Position numbers and translations under genes: made by a program. From the human T2T-CHM13v2.0 reference genome, Homo sapiens, in assembly GCF_009914755.1 (NCBI RefSeq), contig NC_060928.1: a DNA stretch of 64,000 bases; one strand, given 5' to 3'. The notes under the pieces were generated by a model that ran no database searches, was not told the origin of the DNA, and saw only the letters and a list, made by a program, of their open reading frames with translations. Positions 25,763 through 39,975 of the stretch are shown one piece after another. Each line of letters starts with the position of its first letter. The first letter of the stretch is position 1.

Positions 25763-28700
25763 CCACTGTATACATAGAGTAGAAAATGAGGCTCAGAAAG
25801 GTTCACTGACTTGCTTAAGCTTACATAGTTTATAAGTAGGAATCTGGCTTTGTCTCATTCTAAACCCTATTCTGTAAATAGCAAAACAAAGCATTAACCT
25901 ATTTTAAAGAAAAATTTATATTAATATGAGAACATAATGGAAATGTCAGTTTTATGGCATTTTTCATCTGGCTGGGAAATACTGTTCACAACTATTAGGA
26001 TTCTCTTCTTATACTCAAACCCTGTCACTTGGCCTGCCTTCTGAGAAGCAGTACAGATTTGATAAAACCTTCTCCTAATCCACTAATCCTTGTGACTAAC
26101 ATGGTAAATTGCTGGGAGATGATGGCAGGCAGTATGCTGCCAATTCAAAGTGAACTTTGAAGTCTTATAGCCCCTCCCGTACACCCTCAATGATGAGACA
26201 ACAGAAGGCATGTAATTACAATAGAAGTTTCAAGCCATTTATCTTCTATAATCTGATAGGTAAGAAAAGAACATCAAAACAAAATTTCCCTGACACTGGA
26301 AGCTTCTTATATGATTAAAAATGTACCACCTGTTTTATAACTAAAAGAACAACTGCCCTCTAAAAGGAAAAGAGGGAAACCTGATTCTAGAAGAGCGGTA
26401 ATATGCATAGTATGATGCAAACATGCTTCTCTCTTCATATTGGATATTTTCTAAATATTTTGAATTTTTTGGTATAGTTTATAAAGGTTTATTTAATAAT
26501 ATATTGCAATATTTGTTTAAAATAGTGTGGCATTAACTAGGATCTCATTCTTTTTATGAAGTATTTGTTTAAAAAATGCTATAACAAATATATGAAAATG
26601 TAGCCTAAGAAATGTTGTTTTAGGCATTGACTACAAATTTTTAACTTTTGAGTTTAGAATCCTTGTTTGGACTGTGCAAGGCTATGATGTCTGAAATTTT
26701 CCCACCAAGGTATTGTATTGTATTGTATGCCATACAATACCTTGCTGAATGAATTCATTATCAAATTTTAACACCTTCATAAAAGGCCTAAACATAGCCT
26801 TTTATGAAGACTCATAAGCACAGAATGGGCAAATTCATGTTCTTGTATTTATTTGGTGAATATAAGCTTGTTTTTCAAAATTATCCTATTGTTATTACCT
26901 TGGTCACTCATTTTCCAGATCACTAGAGTCAGATTAGCATGTTTCTGAATGCATAAATGTACATAATTATTTCACAACTTTTTAAGTAAGTAAGCTTCTT
27001 GAAGTCTGGTATTGTCTTATTCTTCTTTGTATCCCATACAATACCTTGCTGAATGAATTCATTATCAAAATACACATTAGTAATCTAACACACACCCCCA
27101 CCCAATATTTAGTGAACATTCACTAAATAAAATGAATTATGTTAACATCATCCCTATCAGGTAAGTTCTATTATTGTCTCTATTTTCTAGATGAGAAAAC
27201 TCAGGCTTATTTGGATGTTTATCTCTCATGGATTTTGTAAAGTTGAGTATTCTTTTGTTTGTTGATAAAGCCTTATAGTGTTTCTAGAACTTAACCCTAC
27301 AGAATATTAAAAAAAATTTTTAATACAGGGTACTCATCATACAGGTTCAACAAAAGAGTCTTCATCCTGTTCGTGGCTTTTATTTTTTGGGCATGGTTTT
27401 TTAGTGATGATACAAAATAAATGCAAGACAGGCCCATGTTTGTATTTTGTAGTGTGTTGGTGATAAACTGTTGAATTTTTGCTGGTGATAATATTCTACT
27501 GGTAGTTTAATTGTAGAATTTACAGATGAGAGTTTTAAGCCAGTGTCAGCAGAGAAGTTATTATGGCTTTGATATATAGTCTTAAATTTAGGCAGGTCTC
27601 AGATTTCTTACGTATAAAAAGATGTTGGACTAAATCTCTCAGAATCCTTTCTTATGCTTTCAAGATATAATTGGAATTATGAAAGAGTATTAAAGCCATC
27701 AAAAGGAAAAAGTGCAAAGAGATAAGAGAAAGCCAAGGACTGAGTTTTGAGTGTTAACAATGCATGTCTTTGAAACGATAGGAAGTCATGACAGTGAACT
27801 AACATGGAAAACAAAGTTTCTGAAAATGTGGTTAATAAGATTGAAGAGAAAAAAGTTCTAAGAAAGATCATAGTAAACCTTACAGAGCATTTTTTGCCCT
27901 AAAATGTTGTGGGGGCCTAATATAGGGAGATAAGAGGTAATATATGAAAAACCCTTGGCACTGTGCTTCAGGATATTAGTTCCTATTCCCTCTGATTCAT
28001 TTCTGATTCAAGTACCATTTGTGTCCTCTTGACACTTATTTCAGTGGTACTTCATTGCTCAGACATTTTTTGCAATACTTGTAATTTTCCTGAGAGACTG
28101 TTTACAAGCCACACAAGATAATTTAAAACTTTATAACCTATCATTGCTGTTCTTAATAAATTACCCAGATCTGCATTGTCTTAGTCACTCACCTTATTCT
28201 CAGAATTTAGCTCTGAATGAATTTTGGCAGTTTCCAGCAATCAGACTCAACCTCAAAAGATGGGGATTTGCTCTCATTTTCAGATAGTAGAATTCAGCAG
28301 AAGTAAAGAATTGAAAGAGCACTGCATTTGATGTTGAGACTTGTATTCTGTTCCAAGTTCTTTTGTTAAGTAGACGTATACCTTCATTTAAGTTCTACTT
28401 GAAATGGCTTAATTATTAATTATGGCTCAATAAGAGCATAATTATTATATATTGTGAAAGTCTATGATTTTATTATTTTAACTAGGTTCTGAAAATAAGA
28501 TAGTTATAATTCCATCTACAATAATGAATCTTTGAAAATTTGGTTCTTGGTTTGAAAGTAGGAAAAAACATTCTTAGTAACTCTGTACCAAAGCTACCTA
28601 AAGAAAATTTAACTCTATATTTTTGTATAAATATGTGGAATATATGAATGTATTCCTATTTTGATTTTTTTTCACTAAAAATCTACTTAGTATTATGTTT

Positions 28701-31700
28701 TGACTAATCTATTGGTTCATTCTTAGTTGGGGAACAGCATTTGAAATAATAGCTCTCAATTAATTGATTAACCCTTTCGTTAAGTTTTGTTTACAGATAT
28801 TGGTTGATCATATAGATTTTTGCACGGCATTTATTTACTAAATCACTGCATAATTAGTAAACTTGCTTAGTGTCAGTAATTAACATGCAACTTCCTAAGA
28901 TAATAAAAAAGCTAAAATTTTTAGTTCGTAGTTCCAAAGCACAAAAACAGAAATAAAGAATATCTTGACTAGAAACCATCAAAATATCATTCTACCATAT
29001 TTAGTTAAAGAAAAAGAAGAAATACATTACTTAGAGCCAAAAATAAAAACAGTGGGTGAATATATGAAATTTCACAGTATACTAAAATAATGTAAATGAG
29101 TTATGATTCTGTGCACCATCTACACAGTTTTTAATGCTGTAAATACATGTTGTTAGTGCTTATTCTAAATATTATACCCCCATCTCCCACCTACTTGAAG
29201 AACAGCTATTTTTATGTTAATAATACAGATCTCAGTAAATATGGGGATTATTAGGATTTAGGGTATATTGAATTATAAAGCAACATATTTAGGCTTATAC
29301 TTTTGGGAAATTAACTTTAGCAGTGAAATAATCCTGATTAAATTTCATAGTAAATCAAATGTGTATTATTTAATCTAACAACTAGTGGGAATCTGGCCCC
29401 AGACACAAATAGTGGGAAGATCTGAAATTTTTTTTTTTAAATTATAGGAATATGTTTAGGCAAAGAAATGGAGTATGAAGGTTTATGGCATTCTTAGCTA
29501 GAGGTCACATTCTAAAGTGCTGTGCATTGTATAGTTATAACCAACTTTATAACTTAAAATACTTATTCTGACAGTCTTTTATGTCTATGGAATAGGACTG
29601 AAAGCCTTAGAATATACTGAAATACTTTTTATTTTTGTGTAATTCACCTTTCTTTCCCAGCTCTTCTGTAGTTTCATGATGAATAGATGATTAAGTAGAT
29701 CACTGCTACTGCAGAAACTTACCTTGGATTGTGGTAACTTGCAGCCTGGAACCTAACTTTTCCTCAGCAGGAGGTACTGGAGAGATAAAAGGATTAATAG
29801 TTTGTCTTAGTATGCTTTCAGAGAGCCTCATTACTGCTCTTTACTTTTTATAAGTTTATAACAGCAGTAAAAGTGTAGAGTGAAATATTTAAACAATGTC
29901 AGTGTGGGTTGCAAGAATATGGGAGAAAACAGGAATTTGGATAAATATTTTTGATTGTTATTTTAGTTTTATGTAGGGGGGCAAAATAAGTAAAACCAGT
30001 CTATCTACACCAACAGAAAATTTCCCCAGTTGCCCGTACTATTTGCAGATGTAACCTGAAAGCACAAAGGTGGTATAGATGATTGTGTCTTTTCTTGCTC
30101 TTTTTGAAAGTGTGTTTCCATTTCTTATACTGTGTTCTCAAATATAGCTGTCTAAAAATCAAAAATAGAATTTCCAGGATCTAAAATGTACCCTTATGCT
30201 GTGTGGATATACATTTGTTGGTCTACTTACTTCTGGTCAGTTCTGAAGTGGATCTCAGCTCCTCTTGAATTAGCCATAGACTTGCTTCTCCCTACACTTC
30301 TCCCTCATTTATATTCACCTGCAACCACTGGGCCCAGAAAAGTTACTAGAAGCTTATTGGGTATGATGGATAAAATAATTGAATTTGGCCATTCCCAGGA
30401 CATGATGATGGTAGAGTGCTTATTATGTGTTCAGGCACCGTTCTAAGTCCTTTCTTCACAATAGCTCTATGATATAAAATGTGTTATCCCATTTTGTGTA
30501 TAAAGAAAGTGGAATAGTGGTGACCTTGTCAGGATTATTATTGGGTTAGCTTTAGTAGCTGTGTTAATTACCCATGAGGAGGGAATCATAGTATATAAAT
30601 AAAGTGAAATTGATACTAAAAAAGGAGGGTTTCCTTTTTACTCCTTGAAGGAAAAAGTGCATGAATCATGGTTGTATCTAAAATGCCGAAAAACTAGAAA
30701 CAACCTAAATATTCTATTGCTAAATAGTGAACAGTTATATATGGAATATTTTATCATATTTCTATCAGAATAAATAATAGACTGTTGATACCTGAAAAGA
30801 TGCATTAAAAATAGTAAGTTAAAAACCCACAGATTTATACCCACACTGACAATTATAAATGTGTATTTCTATTAATACAACTTTGATAAATGGACAAAGG
30901 GCCAACAGAATGAGAAGTATAAAGTGACAGATGTCTTCTGAAAAGTAATGGTAGCCAGTTGAATAATGAAAACAGTAAATTTTAAGAAGACTAGGGAGTA
31001 CAATGTAATAATTTTAAAAAGAAGGCGAATTTAAATTCACTTCCAAGTGACACTCTCCAAGATGAATTATCTGTCCTACGTTAAATGTTCCAGAAGACCT
31101 TCAGGAACACAACTAGAAATGGAAAATTTCAAGATAAGTTGTATAGCAGCATTTCCCCAAAGTACTTTTGCATAGTTGGTTTTAAAGGTTAACAGGCATT
31201 ACATGTAAATAAAAGGGTAGTGAAGACAATTTGGGAAATCCTAGGGTTCATAAAATTAGATTCTTTTGTGTAGGACTCATTAGCACCTTTAATGAGCATA
31301 CTCCAGGTGAGTAGGAGTGGAGGCAGAATGCAGAGTGCACCATTTCATAGACTTGTTTGCTTGAGACCACAGAACTGTTTGTCTTGGTTCTTGTTAGGGA
31401 AATAGCCTCTGCAGAATACACTTTGGGCAACATTGGAATGTTACTTGGAGGTGTCCGTGAGCAGGCGTGAGGTGTGAATGTTGTGGCTGTGGGTGGGTAT
31501 GCAGCTCGAGGAGTAATACGTTAAACGTTTCACAGTCAGGGATGATGGGAAATCTTCTGGAACCGTACATATTTTATTTTCATTTTTCCCTTCTTCCCAT
31601 ATTTTGCTTTTGAATAAAAATTCATAAAAATAAATTCACTAAAATTAACTTTGTTTTTAATATCATAAATACGCTGTGTAGGGAAGAAGTCAAACTTGAG

Positions 31701-32379
31701 AATCTGCATTTGATTTGCTTTTAATCTGGAAGGATAACAAATACAGCATGTAGCTCTTGGCTGGTTTTAAGGAACTGACAGAAGATTATATTTGCAATTA
31801 AGTATAACCTGGTGGTATTCTTCACATACTTGTCTCCCACACATTCTTTAGCACCACTACTCATGTCAACATTGCCAACAAACTATACAAGATGACCAGA
31901 TCCAGTGGCCATTTTATGTCCTTAGTTTACTGGACCTCTTTGCACCATCCAGCTCAGTTGTCTGTTACCTCCCTCAAACATTCTTCTCTCTCCATTTCTG
32001 TGACATTGCACTCAGCTGTTTTCTTCCTCCTCTCTGGCTGTTACTTTGTAGTTTGTTTTGTATGTTCATCTTCCTCTGCTGACTTCTGAATGTTTTATAC
32101 TGAGGGCTCAGTTTTGGATCTTCTTTTCTTCTATGTTTTCTTCCGAGGTATGCCCTTTAGTCTTGTGGCTCTCTCTGCATACCAACTGCATGGTGATAAC
32201 TCCCAAATCTATTTTCTTCAGCCAAAAACTAACCATTGGTTTCAAATCACAGATACCTAACTGCTGTACACTTAAATGTTGTCTCACACATATGTCAAGC
32301 TTAATGTCTCCAAACAAAATTTTTAGTACTCCTCTTCACTTTCCAACTTACTCATTTTTTAAAAAATTATGCTCATTAA

Positions 32380-32485
32380 AATTTGTGTGTGGGTACATAG
32401 TAGGTATATACATTTATGGGGTACATGAGATATGTTGATACAGGTATACAGTGCATAATAATCACATCAGGGTAAATGGGTTTCT
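32380..32485 (-). mobile_element. L1MA/L1PB-type 3'-end fragment
   Basis: GGGTACATAGTAGGTATATACATTTATGGGGTACATGAGATATGTTGATACAGG. Confidence 0.75.
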
Positions 32486-32668
32486 ATCACGCCACTCATT
32501 CTTTTCTTTCTGTTAATGGTGCTGCCATCCACCAAGAGTTTTCAATCTCTATTTTTTCTACTTTGACCCACCCTGCCACCACTGTCATGTCATCTAGGCC
32601 ACCAAAATCTCTAACTTGCATTACTATAATTTCCTTTTGCCTGAACTCCCCTTCTTACCTTCCCTTAG

Positions 32669-32975
<307 letters not shown>

Positions 32976-34224
32976 TCATTTTTTTTTATGTAAACCTAAT
33001 CATGACACCTATTTTAATAATAGCTTTCCATTATACATGGAATTTTGAATTAGATGTATAATGAAATATACGCTGCTTATCATGGCCTTAGAGGACCTTC
33101 ACAGTCTGGCCTTTTCCAGTCTTCCTTACCTCATGTTGTACCTGATCCTCCCTTGCTCACTATATTCCAGCCACAATAGCCTATTTTCAGCCCCTTAAAT
33201 ATGTCTTTATATATGCCATTGCTTTTATTGGAAGCTGCTTCCAGCTTATCCTTTGCATGGCTGGGCTCCTTCTCATTGTTCAATCCTAACTGTCGTCTCC
33301 TTAGGGAGGTCTTCACCACTGTCCAAAGTAGGTTTATGCGCCCATTTCCCTGCTGTCCTTTATTTCAGAGCACTAGTCACAATTTATGTTTACTTACAAC
33401 CTCTGACTGTAAACCCCTGAAAGCAGAAACCATGTTTCTTTTACTCACCAATGTATAATCAGTGTATAGCAAAGTGCCCTATATTTCTTTCGTTGAATGA
33501 ACTCAGAAAATGAAGTGACTGAATGGATTCTGAGCTAAAAACATCTCCAGATGGTTTAGATTTGTTTTTAAAGGAATCTCGCTTTTTTAATGTAATGTAT
33601 AGATATTATAATTAAAGGAAGTCATATCATCTAGAGAAGGCAGATGTTTTTGGTACAGTCTCCATTTAGTATCTGGTCCTTAGCTTTGGTGAGGCCATTC
33701 ATGCTAAGTCAATTCAAAAGATAGTGGTTTATAAAAAATACAATGCTGATTTAAAAAAATAGTGAAACAAATACGTAACTGAGCAGGCAGGCTGTTCATG
33801 CTTGTTGATCTCTATGGGAAAACTTTACAAGAGTTGAAATATAAGCAGGAGGTATTTGGTGAATGTGAAATCTGAGCTTTCAGAATTAGCAGAATAATGT
33901 TATTTTGGTGGTGGGGTGAAGAAAATTTGCTAGTCTACTACATTCTGTGTGCTATAAATAAAATTTGGCTGTCAGTGAGAGTACGATGAGGCAGGGTGTA
34001 GGGTCCAGATATGAATAAGTCTGTCTACATTAAGACTTAACTATCTACCTGAGGTCAAATGCATTCTCTAAGTCTAATGACGAAGAATTGACAACATTAT
34101 TTTTTCCTCTAAGGGAACTCGTATGAGGGATTTGTAATGCCATGTGTAATACATATTAACATTTAGTGCAAGAGGATTCTGAAATGCATTGGAATGCTGT
34201 AATAATATTTATTTGAACTTGCAG

Positions 34225-35648
34225 GTTCTCCTGAAAAGAAAGCTGAACATTCATCTATAAATCAAGAAAATGGCACTGCAAACCCTATCAAGAACGGTAA
34301 AACAAGTCCAGCATCTAAAGATCAGCGGACTGGAAAGAAAACCTCAGTACAGGGTCAAGTGCAAAAGGGGAATGATGAATCTGAAAGTGATTTTGAATCA
34401 GATCCCCCTTCTCCTAAGAGCAGTGAAGAGGAAGAGCAAGATGATGAAGAAGTTCTTCAGGGGGAACAAGGAGATTTTAATGATGATGATACTGAACCAG
34501 AAAATCTGGGTCATAGGCCTCTCCTCATGGATTCTGAAGATGAGGAAGAAGAGGAGAAACATAGCTCTGATTCTGATTATGAGCAGGCTAAAGCAAAGTA
34601 CAGTGACATGAGCTCTGTCTACAGAGACAGATCTGGCAGTGGACCAACCCAAGATCTTAATACAATACTCCTCACCTCAGCCCAATTATCCTCTGATGTT
34701 GCAGTGGAGACTCCCAAACAGGAGTTTGATGTATTTGGCGCTGTCCCCTTCTTTGCAGTGCGTGCTCAACAGCCCCAGCAAGAAAAGAATGAAAAGAACC
34801 TCCCTCAACACAGGTTTCCTGCTGCAGGACTGGAGCAGGAGGAATTTGATGTATTCACAAAGGCGCCTTTTAGCAAGAAGGTGAATGTACAAGAATGCCA
34901 TGCAGTGGGGCCTGAGGCACATACTATCCCTGGTTATCCCAAAAGTGTAGATGTATTTGGCTCCACTCCATTTCAGCCCTTCCTCACATCAACAAGTAAA
35001 AGTGAAAGCAATGAGGACCTTTTTGGGCTTGTGCCCTTTGATGAAATAACGGGGAGCCAGCAGCAAAAAGTCAAACAGCGCAGCTTACAGAAACTGTCCT
35101 CTCGCCAAAGGCGCACAAAGCAGGATATGTCCAAAAGTAATGGGAAGCGGCATCATGGCACGCCAACTAGCACAAAGAAGACTTTGAAGCCTACCTATCG
35201 CACTCCAGAGAGGGCTCGCAGGCACAAAAAAGTGGGCCGCCGAGACTCTCAAAGTAGCAATGAATTTTTAACCATCTCAGACTCCAAGGAGAACATTAGT
35301 GTTGCACTGACTGATGGGAAAGATAGGGGGAATGTCTTACAACCTGAGGAGAGCCTGTTGGACCCCTTCGGTGCCAAGCCCTTCCATTCTCCAGACCTGT
35401 CATGGCACCCTCCACATCAGGGCCTGAGCGACATCCGTGCTGATCACAATACTGTCCTGCCAGGGCGGCCAAGACAAAATTCACTACATGGGTCATTCCA
35501 TAGTGCAGATGTATTGAAAATGGATGATTTTGGTGCCGTGCCCTTTACAGAACTTGTGGTGCAAAGCATCACTCCACATCAGTCCCAACAGTCCCAACCA
35601 GTCGAATTAGACCCATTTGGTGCTGCTCCATTTCCTTCTAAACAGTAG
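34225..35648 (+). CDS. BMP2K: BMP2K last coding exon, long isoform (GSPEKKAEHSS...LDPFGAAPFPSKQ*): acidic region, basic NLS-like segment, repeated DxFxxxPF motifs
   Basis: Acceptor CTTGCAG (AG 34223-34224); 1424 nt open in the phase set by the 111-nt exon; TAG 35646-35648; contains the 429-aa track ORF. Confidence 0.96.
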
Positions 35649-38600
35649 ATACTTCTGATGGATTCTCGGCATTAACTCCTGTTTCAAAAAAGTGTGAACA
35701 GTTTTATGAATTTGAAAGAAAATTTGGTAGCTCTTTATAGCATTCATTCTTAAAGATCAGTCAGAATAGGTGATTTCTAAATAAACCAAATAGAAGAATG
35801 AAGTATCTCTACAGGGTAGTAACTTGATTCCTCTTCAGGAGAAAAGGGAGCTAAATTGCAAGCTCTAACTAAGGGTTTCTGCTACTGACATCACAACACA
35901 GAAATGCAAGTGTGGTACTTCCAGTGAAAGCACATGGCACCTTTCTAGGTGTGTAGCCACTGAGAAGGGACAGTGAAACTGTTATTTTTGATATCAGAAT
36001 GTCATTTTTATGTGCATATCCCTAAAATTAGGGTTATTTCTACATACACTAGTTACACTTGTGAATTTTTTTTAAGGTCTCTTTTAATTTCCAGACAGTT
36101 AAAAACAATCTAGTTATCTTAAAGCATTAGAAAGTTATTATCTGGAGAGTGCAGAGATTTCAGTCCATACACCTTTCTCCACAAAGCAGAGCCAGAAGTA
36201 ACTGACTATTGTGCCTAAAACTCTGTTTCATTTTTAAAAACAAGTGCCATTAAAATGGAATATCTAATGATAAGCATATGAAATAATGTGTAATTAGCTC
36301 AATTTAACTATTCCACAACTTACATATTCCAAAACAATGTTATACATGATAAATATATATAATTTTTGTCAGTTAAAACAAATTAAAAAAATGGACTATC
36401 GTCGCACAGAAGCCTAGAACAAAAATATGAAGAGAAATATCTGACATTTGTAAAGAAATTATAAGAAGAAAAAAAGATACAGAACAGAAAACATTCACTA
36501 CTTTAGAAACACTTTATGCATGGCTTCTTGCCCCAAACTTTTATTGTGATGGCCCTAATAAAGCAGATTATTGGAAAAATTGGAGGACAAGGGTTGTATA
36601 AAAATTTTATTTTATGAAGAAAATATGTAGCGGAAACTGAATTTTCAAGACATTTACAATGTGAAATCATGTTGCATTTAACAATGTACTTTATTAGCAA
36701 CTTCACCAAATATTCCCCAAGTCATAAGCAACAATTATTTTTATTAGGTTTTGGGGGGTGGAGTAGTTTTAATAAAGTGCACAGAATGGTGACACCCACA
36801 AAGCCTTATATAAAGGCAGGATTCATGCATCCTGCTGCAAGTACCTCTGCACTAATATACCAGATCCTAAAATGCATATAAGGTGGACTAGCATCTTAAT
36901 TCTGCTAGTTGATTGTGTCTTTACTGAAAAGAACCCAGCTACCAATTTGCCTTTTTTTACACCACAAATCCTAATTAGAAACTTGAGGTTTTATAGAAAT
37001 CATTTAATGATAGAGATTACATATGTGAATTAATGTGAATATAGTATCTGTGCTTCCTGTGTCTATGACTATTTTAAGATATAATTGTGCTGCGCTATCA
37101 GATTAACATTTGGAAGTTTCTAGAACAGTTAATGCTATTTACAGAAAGGAGTAGAAACTCATCAACTGGCACTCTCTTTGATTTTTATATTTTAAATTAA
37201 CTCTCTTCGATCTCAAAGTATATTTTACGAGTAATTTTATTAGGAATCTCTTATAGTGCCCCAATGGGATAAGCTATTTGCCTATTTTCACAGTTCTGAA
37301 CTTGGAAAGAAGCAAAGTATATGTAACTAAACCACATATTTGTCTTTTTATTGCTTTTTCCCTTCTTTTATATGCTAAATCAAATATAGATTTGTGGATA
37401 GGGAAGCAATATGTGAATCACAATGTAGCAGAGGCAGACCAAGCATTACATTATTATTTAGAGCTGGACTGCACCAATTACTTGTCCTCGTGCCAAAGGC
37501 AAATATGTTTGCACCTTTTTTTTTTTTTCTGATTCTCAGGTTGATTAATACTGCTAATGCAAATGCTCAAGTAGATGTTTAAAAACTTTACAAAATAGAT
37601 TCAAGTGATACTTTCTTTTAAAAGTGAAGAGTTGATGATTACACATAGTAAATTCATGAACTACAGTAGGTTTGTATCAAACAATTTTTTTTAATGAAAA
37701 TCTGTTGAGGTGTACACAATATGCTTCTTGATTGTATTAGTCCTTGGTCTCTGCTAGACCTCATGAGTTTCATCATTTAGAAAAGGGGTAGAGGATGAAC
37801 TAATGTCTCCTTCAGATGTAAACATGAAATACCTAGAGTTTTACTTGCTTTTCAATACACTGAATAATTTTAAATGATTCTGACACTGATGTAGACCCTT
37901 TGACTTATAAATTCTGAGGAAACAACTGACAGCATAAAATATTTACATTCTTATAACACAGCACAGTGACTTTCTTCTTTCAAGATTGTAGCTCAGAGAA
38001 AAGATACAGGATTCAATTGGGGGTTCAATAGGATAGAAATGGAGAGATTCCTTTGTGTTGTAGTAGAGGCATTTTCCTAAGGAGTATAGATTTATACTTT
38101 GCATTTTCATTCATCATCCCCCAGAATCATGGTCAAGGTGTAGGTCACTCCACACAGCTGATGCTCAGGTTATTCCCTTGTGAGAATTATGAGAATAAAG
38201 CTCCCAAGATATGTGAAAGTGCTTAACACAGTACCTGGCACACAGCACTCAATAAAAGTTTGGCTCTATTATGGGATGGTTCAATTCTGGTTTAAGGAAG
38301 GAAGAAAGGTTATTATATATGTACCACTAAGCAAATATATATATATATATATATATTTGGGGTTTTTTTTCCCTAATATTATTTGGGTGTCCCCTGTGCT
38401 TCTTTAGGATGTAGTTATAACTAAACCTGTTATACTTGAACATCACTAAGAGAAGTAAATTATTATGAAGCTAGCAAAAATCTTGAGGCCAAAGTTGTTT
38501 CTTAACAGCTTTAATAATGCTTGTTGATTTTGAATAATCCTTTAAAAAGTGGACCATTTGCTTATTTTAATATCACGTCAGTAAAATGTTAGTATTAAAA

Positions 38601-39975
38601 AGATCAGCTTTTTATGGCATTGAAGAATGTATCTGCTAAGACACAAAAATTGCATGGTAAGTATAATAGGTGGAGGAGGAAAGGTTGTAGGCCGGATGAA
38701 AATTTAACTGACTAGAACATTTATTCAGGAGTGTAATTATTTTCCCTTACCCCAATCCCTGTGTACGTGTTGGGTATAGTTACGACATTATCCGGATTTG
38801 CAAATAGACACAACTTTCAGTCTTACCCTGTTTATTGTTTAAGAGTGATAGACTGTTGTCCTCTTGCTGGTGGAAAATCTAAGGTGGAGCCCACTCTTCT
38901 ATGCTGAAGTTCACCAGGCAGAGCAGTTTTCTTACAAGTCAGCTACTCTGCTTGGTTTATTTTAGGTTTTGGTACTTCACGTAAGCACTGTTAGAAGGTA
39001 CAAGTGTATTAATATCACTAGTTTTGAGGCGCTTGGGTACATTTGTTTTTAATATATTTAGAATGTGCAGTAAACTTTTTTCTCATTTTTTTTTCTTTTT
39101 AGCAAACTTGTTATTTTAGGTCCAATTATTGAGTTGACAGTCTACTGTGAGAATGAGATGACATATCTACTGTGAGAATACCATAAATGATGAATAGTTT
39201 ATTTGAGAACTTTTATACTCAGTGGTGTTTTATATATTAAGATAAAAATATGTACACACATGCATGTCACATCTCTCTACTGTGGAGTTAATGTGAATTT
39301 TTAAAAAATGGAATTGCAACCACAATCATATCTAAGAGAACATTCACTCCTAGTGAGGGTTTACAAAAGCTACTAAGAGAATAAGGTAGATGATAATGCA
39401 AAGGGTCATGATTTGGGGTTATTTTTGTTTTATTTTAAAATTTATACTGCTACTTTTGAAAGAATTGTTTTTATGACTATGCTCTTTTTGTGATTGAAAA
39501 GTCATCTAATAGAAGCTGTATAGAAGCTACTTTTTAATTGCTGGCAAACAGCTTTAAGTGCACTTTCTTTGATTACACTTCCATTTTTTGTTAAACTTGA
39601 ATTTTCTGAAGCCTTTTATGTACCACTAAGCAAATAACTTTAACCTTTAAATAAAGCAAATTTACATCTTTATTGTATTTCTACTTGTTACAAAACATAC
39701 TTGCTAAAGTAACTTCAGTCCTCAAATATAGCTGGGAAACAATTATGAGATAGACTCAGTCTCCCCCTCCCACCCCTTTTCCCCTGCCATATCTAATTAA
39801 GCACTAACTGATTTTATTACTTTATTGCCTTTACACTGCTTATTCTTTTTGACTGAATTCTGTCCCTGATTCACTGTTTTGTTTGAAATTTAAAGTTATT
39901 TTCTTACTGTATTTATCATACCTGTTTTAATCTGTTTTCTTTAAATGCAATAAATCCCAAATGGATTGCATATTC
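35649..39975 (+). other. BMP2K: BMP2K long-isoform 3' UTR (end inferred)
   Basis: AT-rich, nearly repeat-free sequence after the stop; AATAAA at 35780, 39650 and 39949. Confidence 0.65.
39949..39954 (+). terminator. Likely distal BMP2K poly(A) signal
   Basis: AATAAA with U-rich upstream and U/GU-rich downstream sequence. Confidence 0.6.

Noticed and set aside
34270-34611. 113-aa basic alternative-frame ORF with an AAA-ATG-G start inside the BMP2K last exon
   Set aside because: It is the shifted reading of a Glu/Asp-rich purine tract deep inside the mRNA, with no visible promoter or splice route to it.
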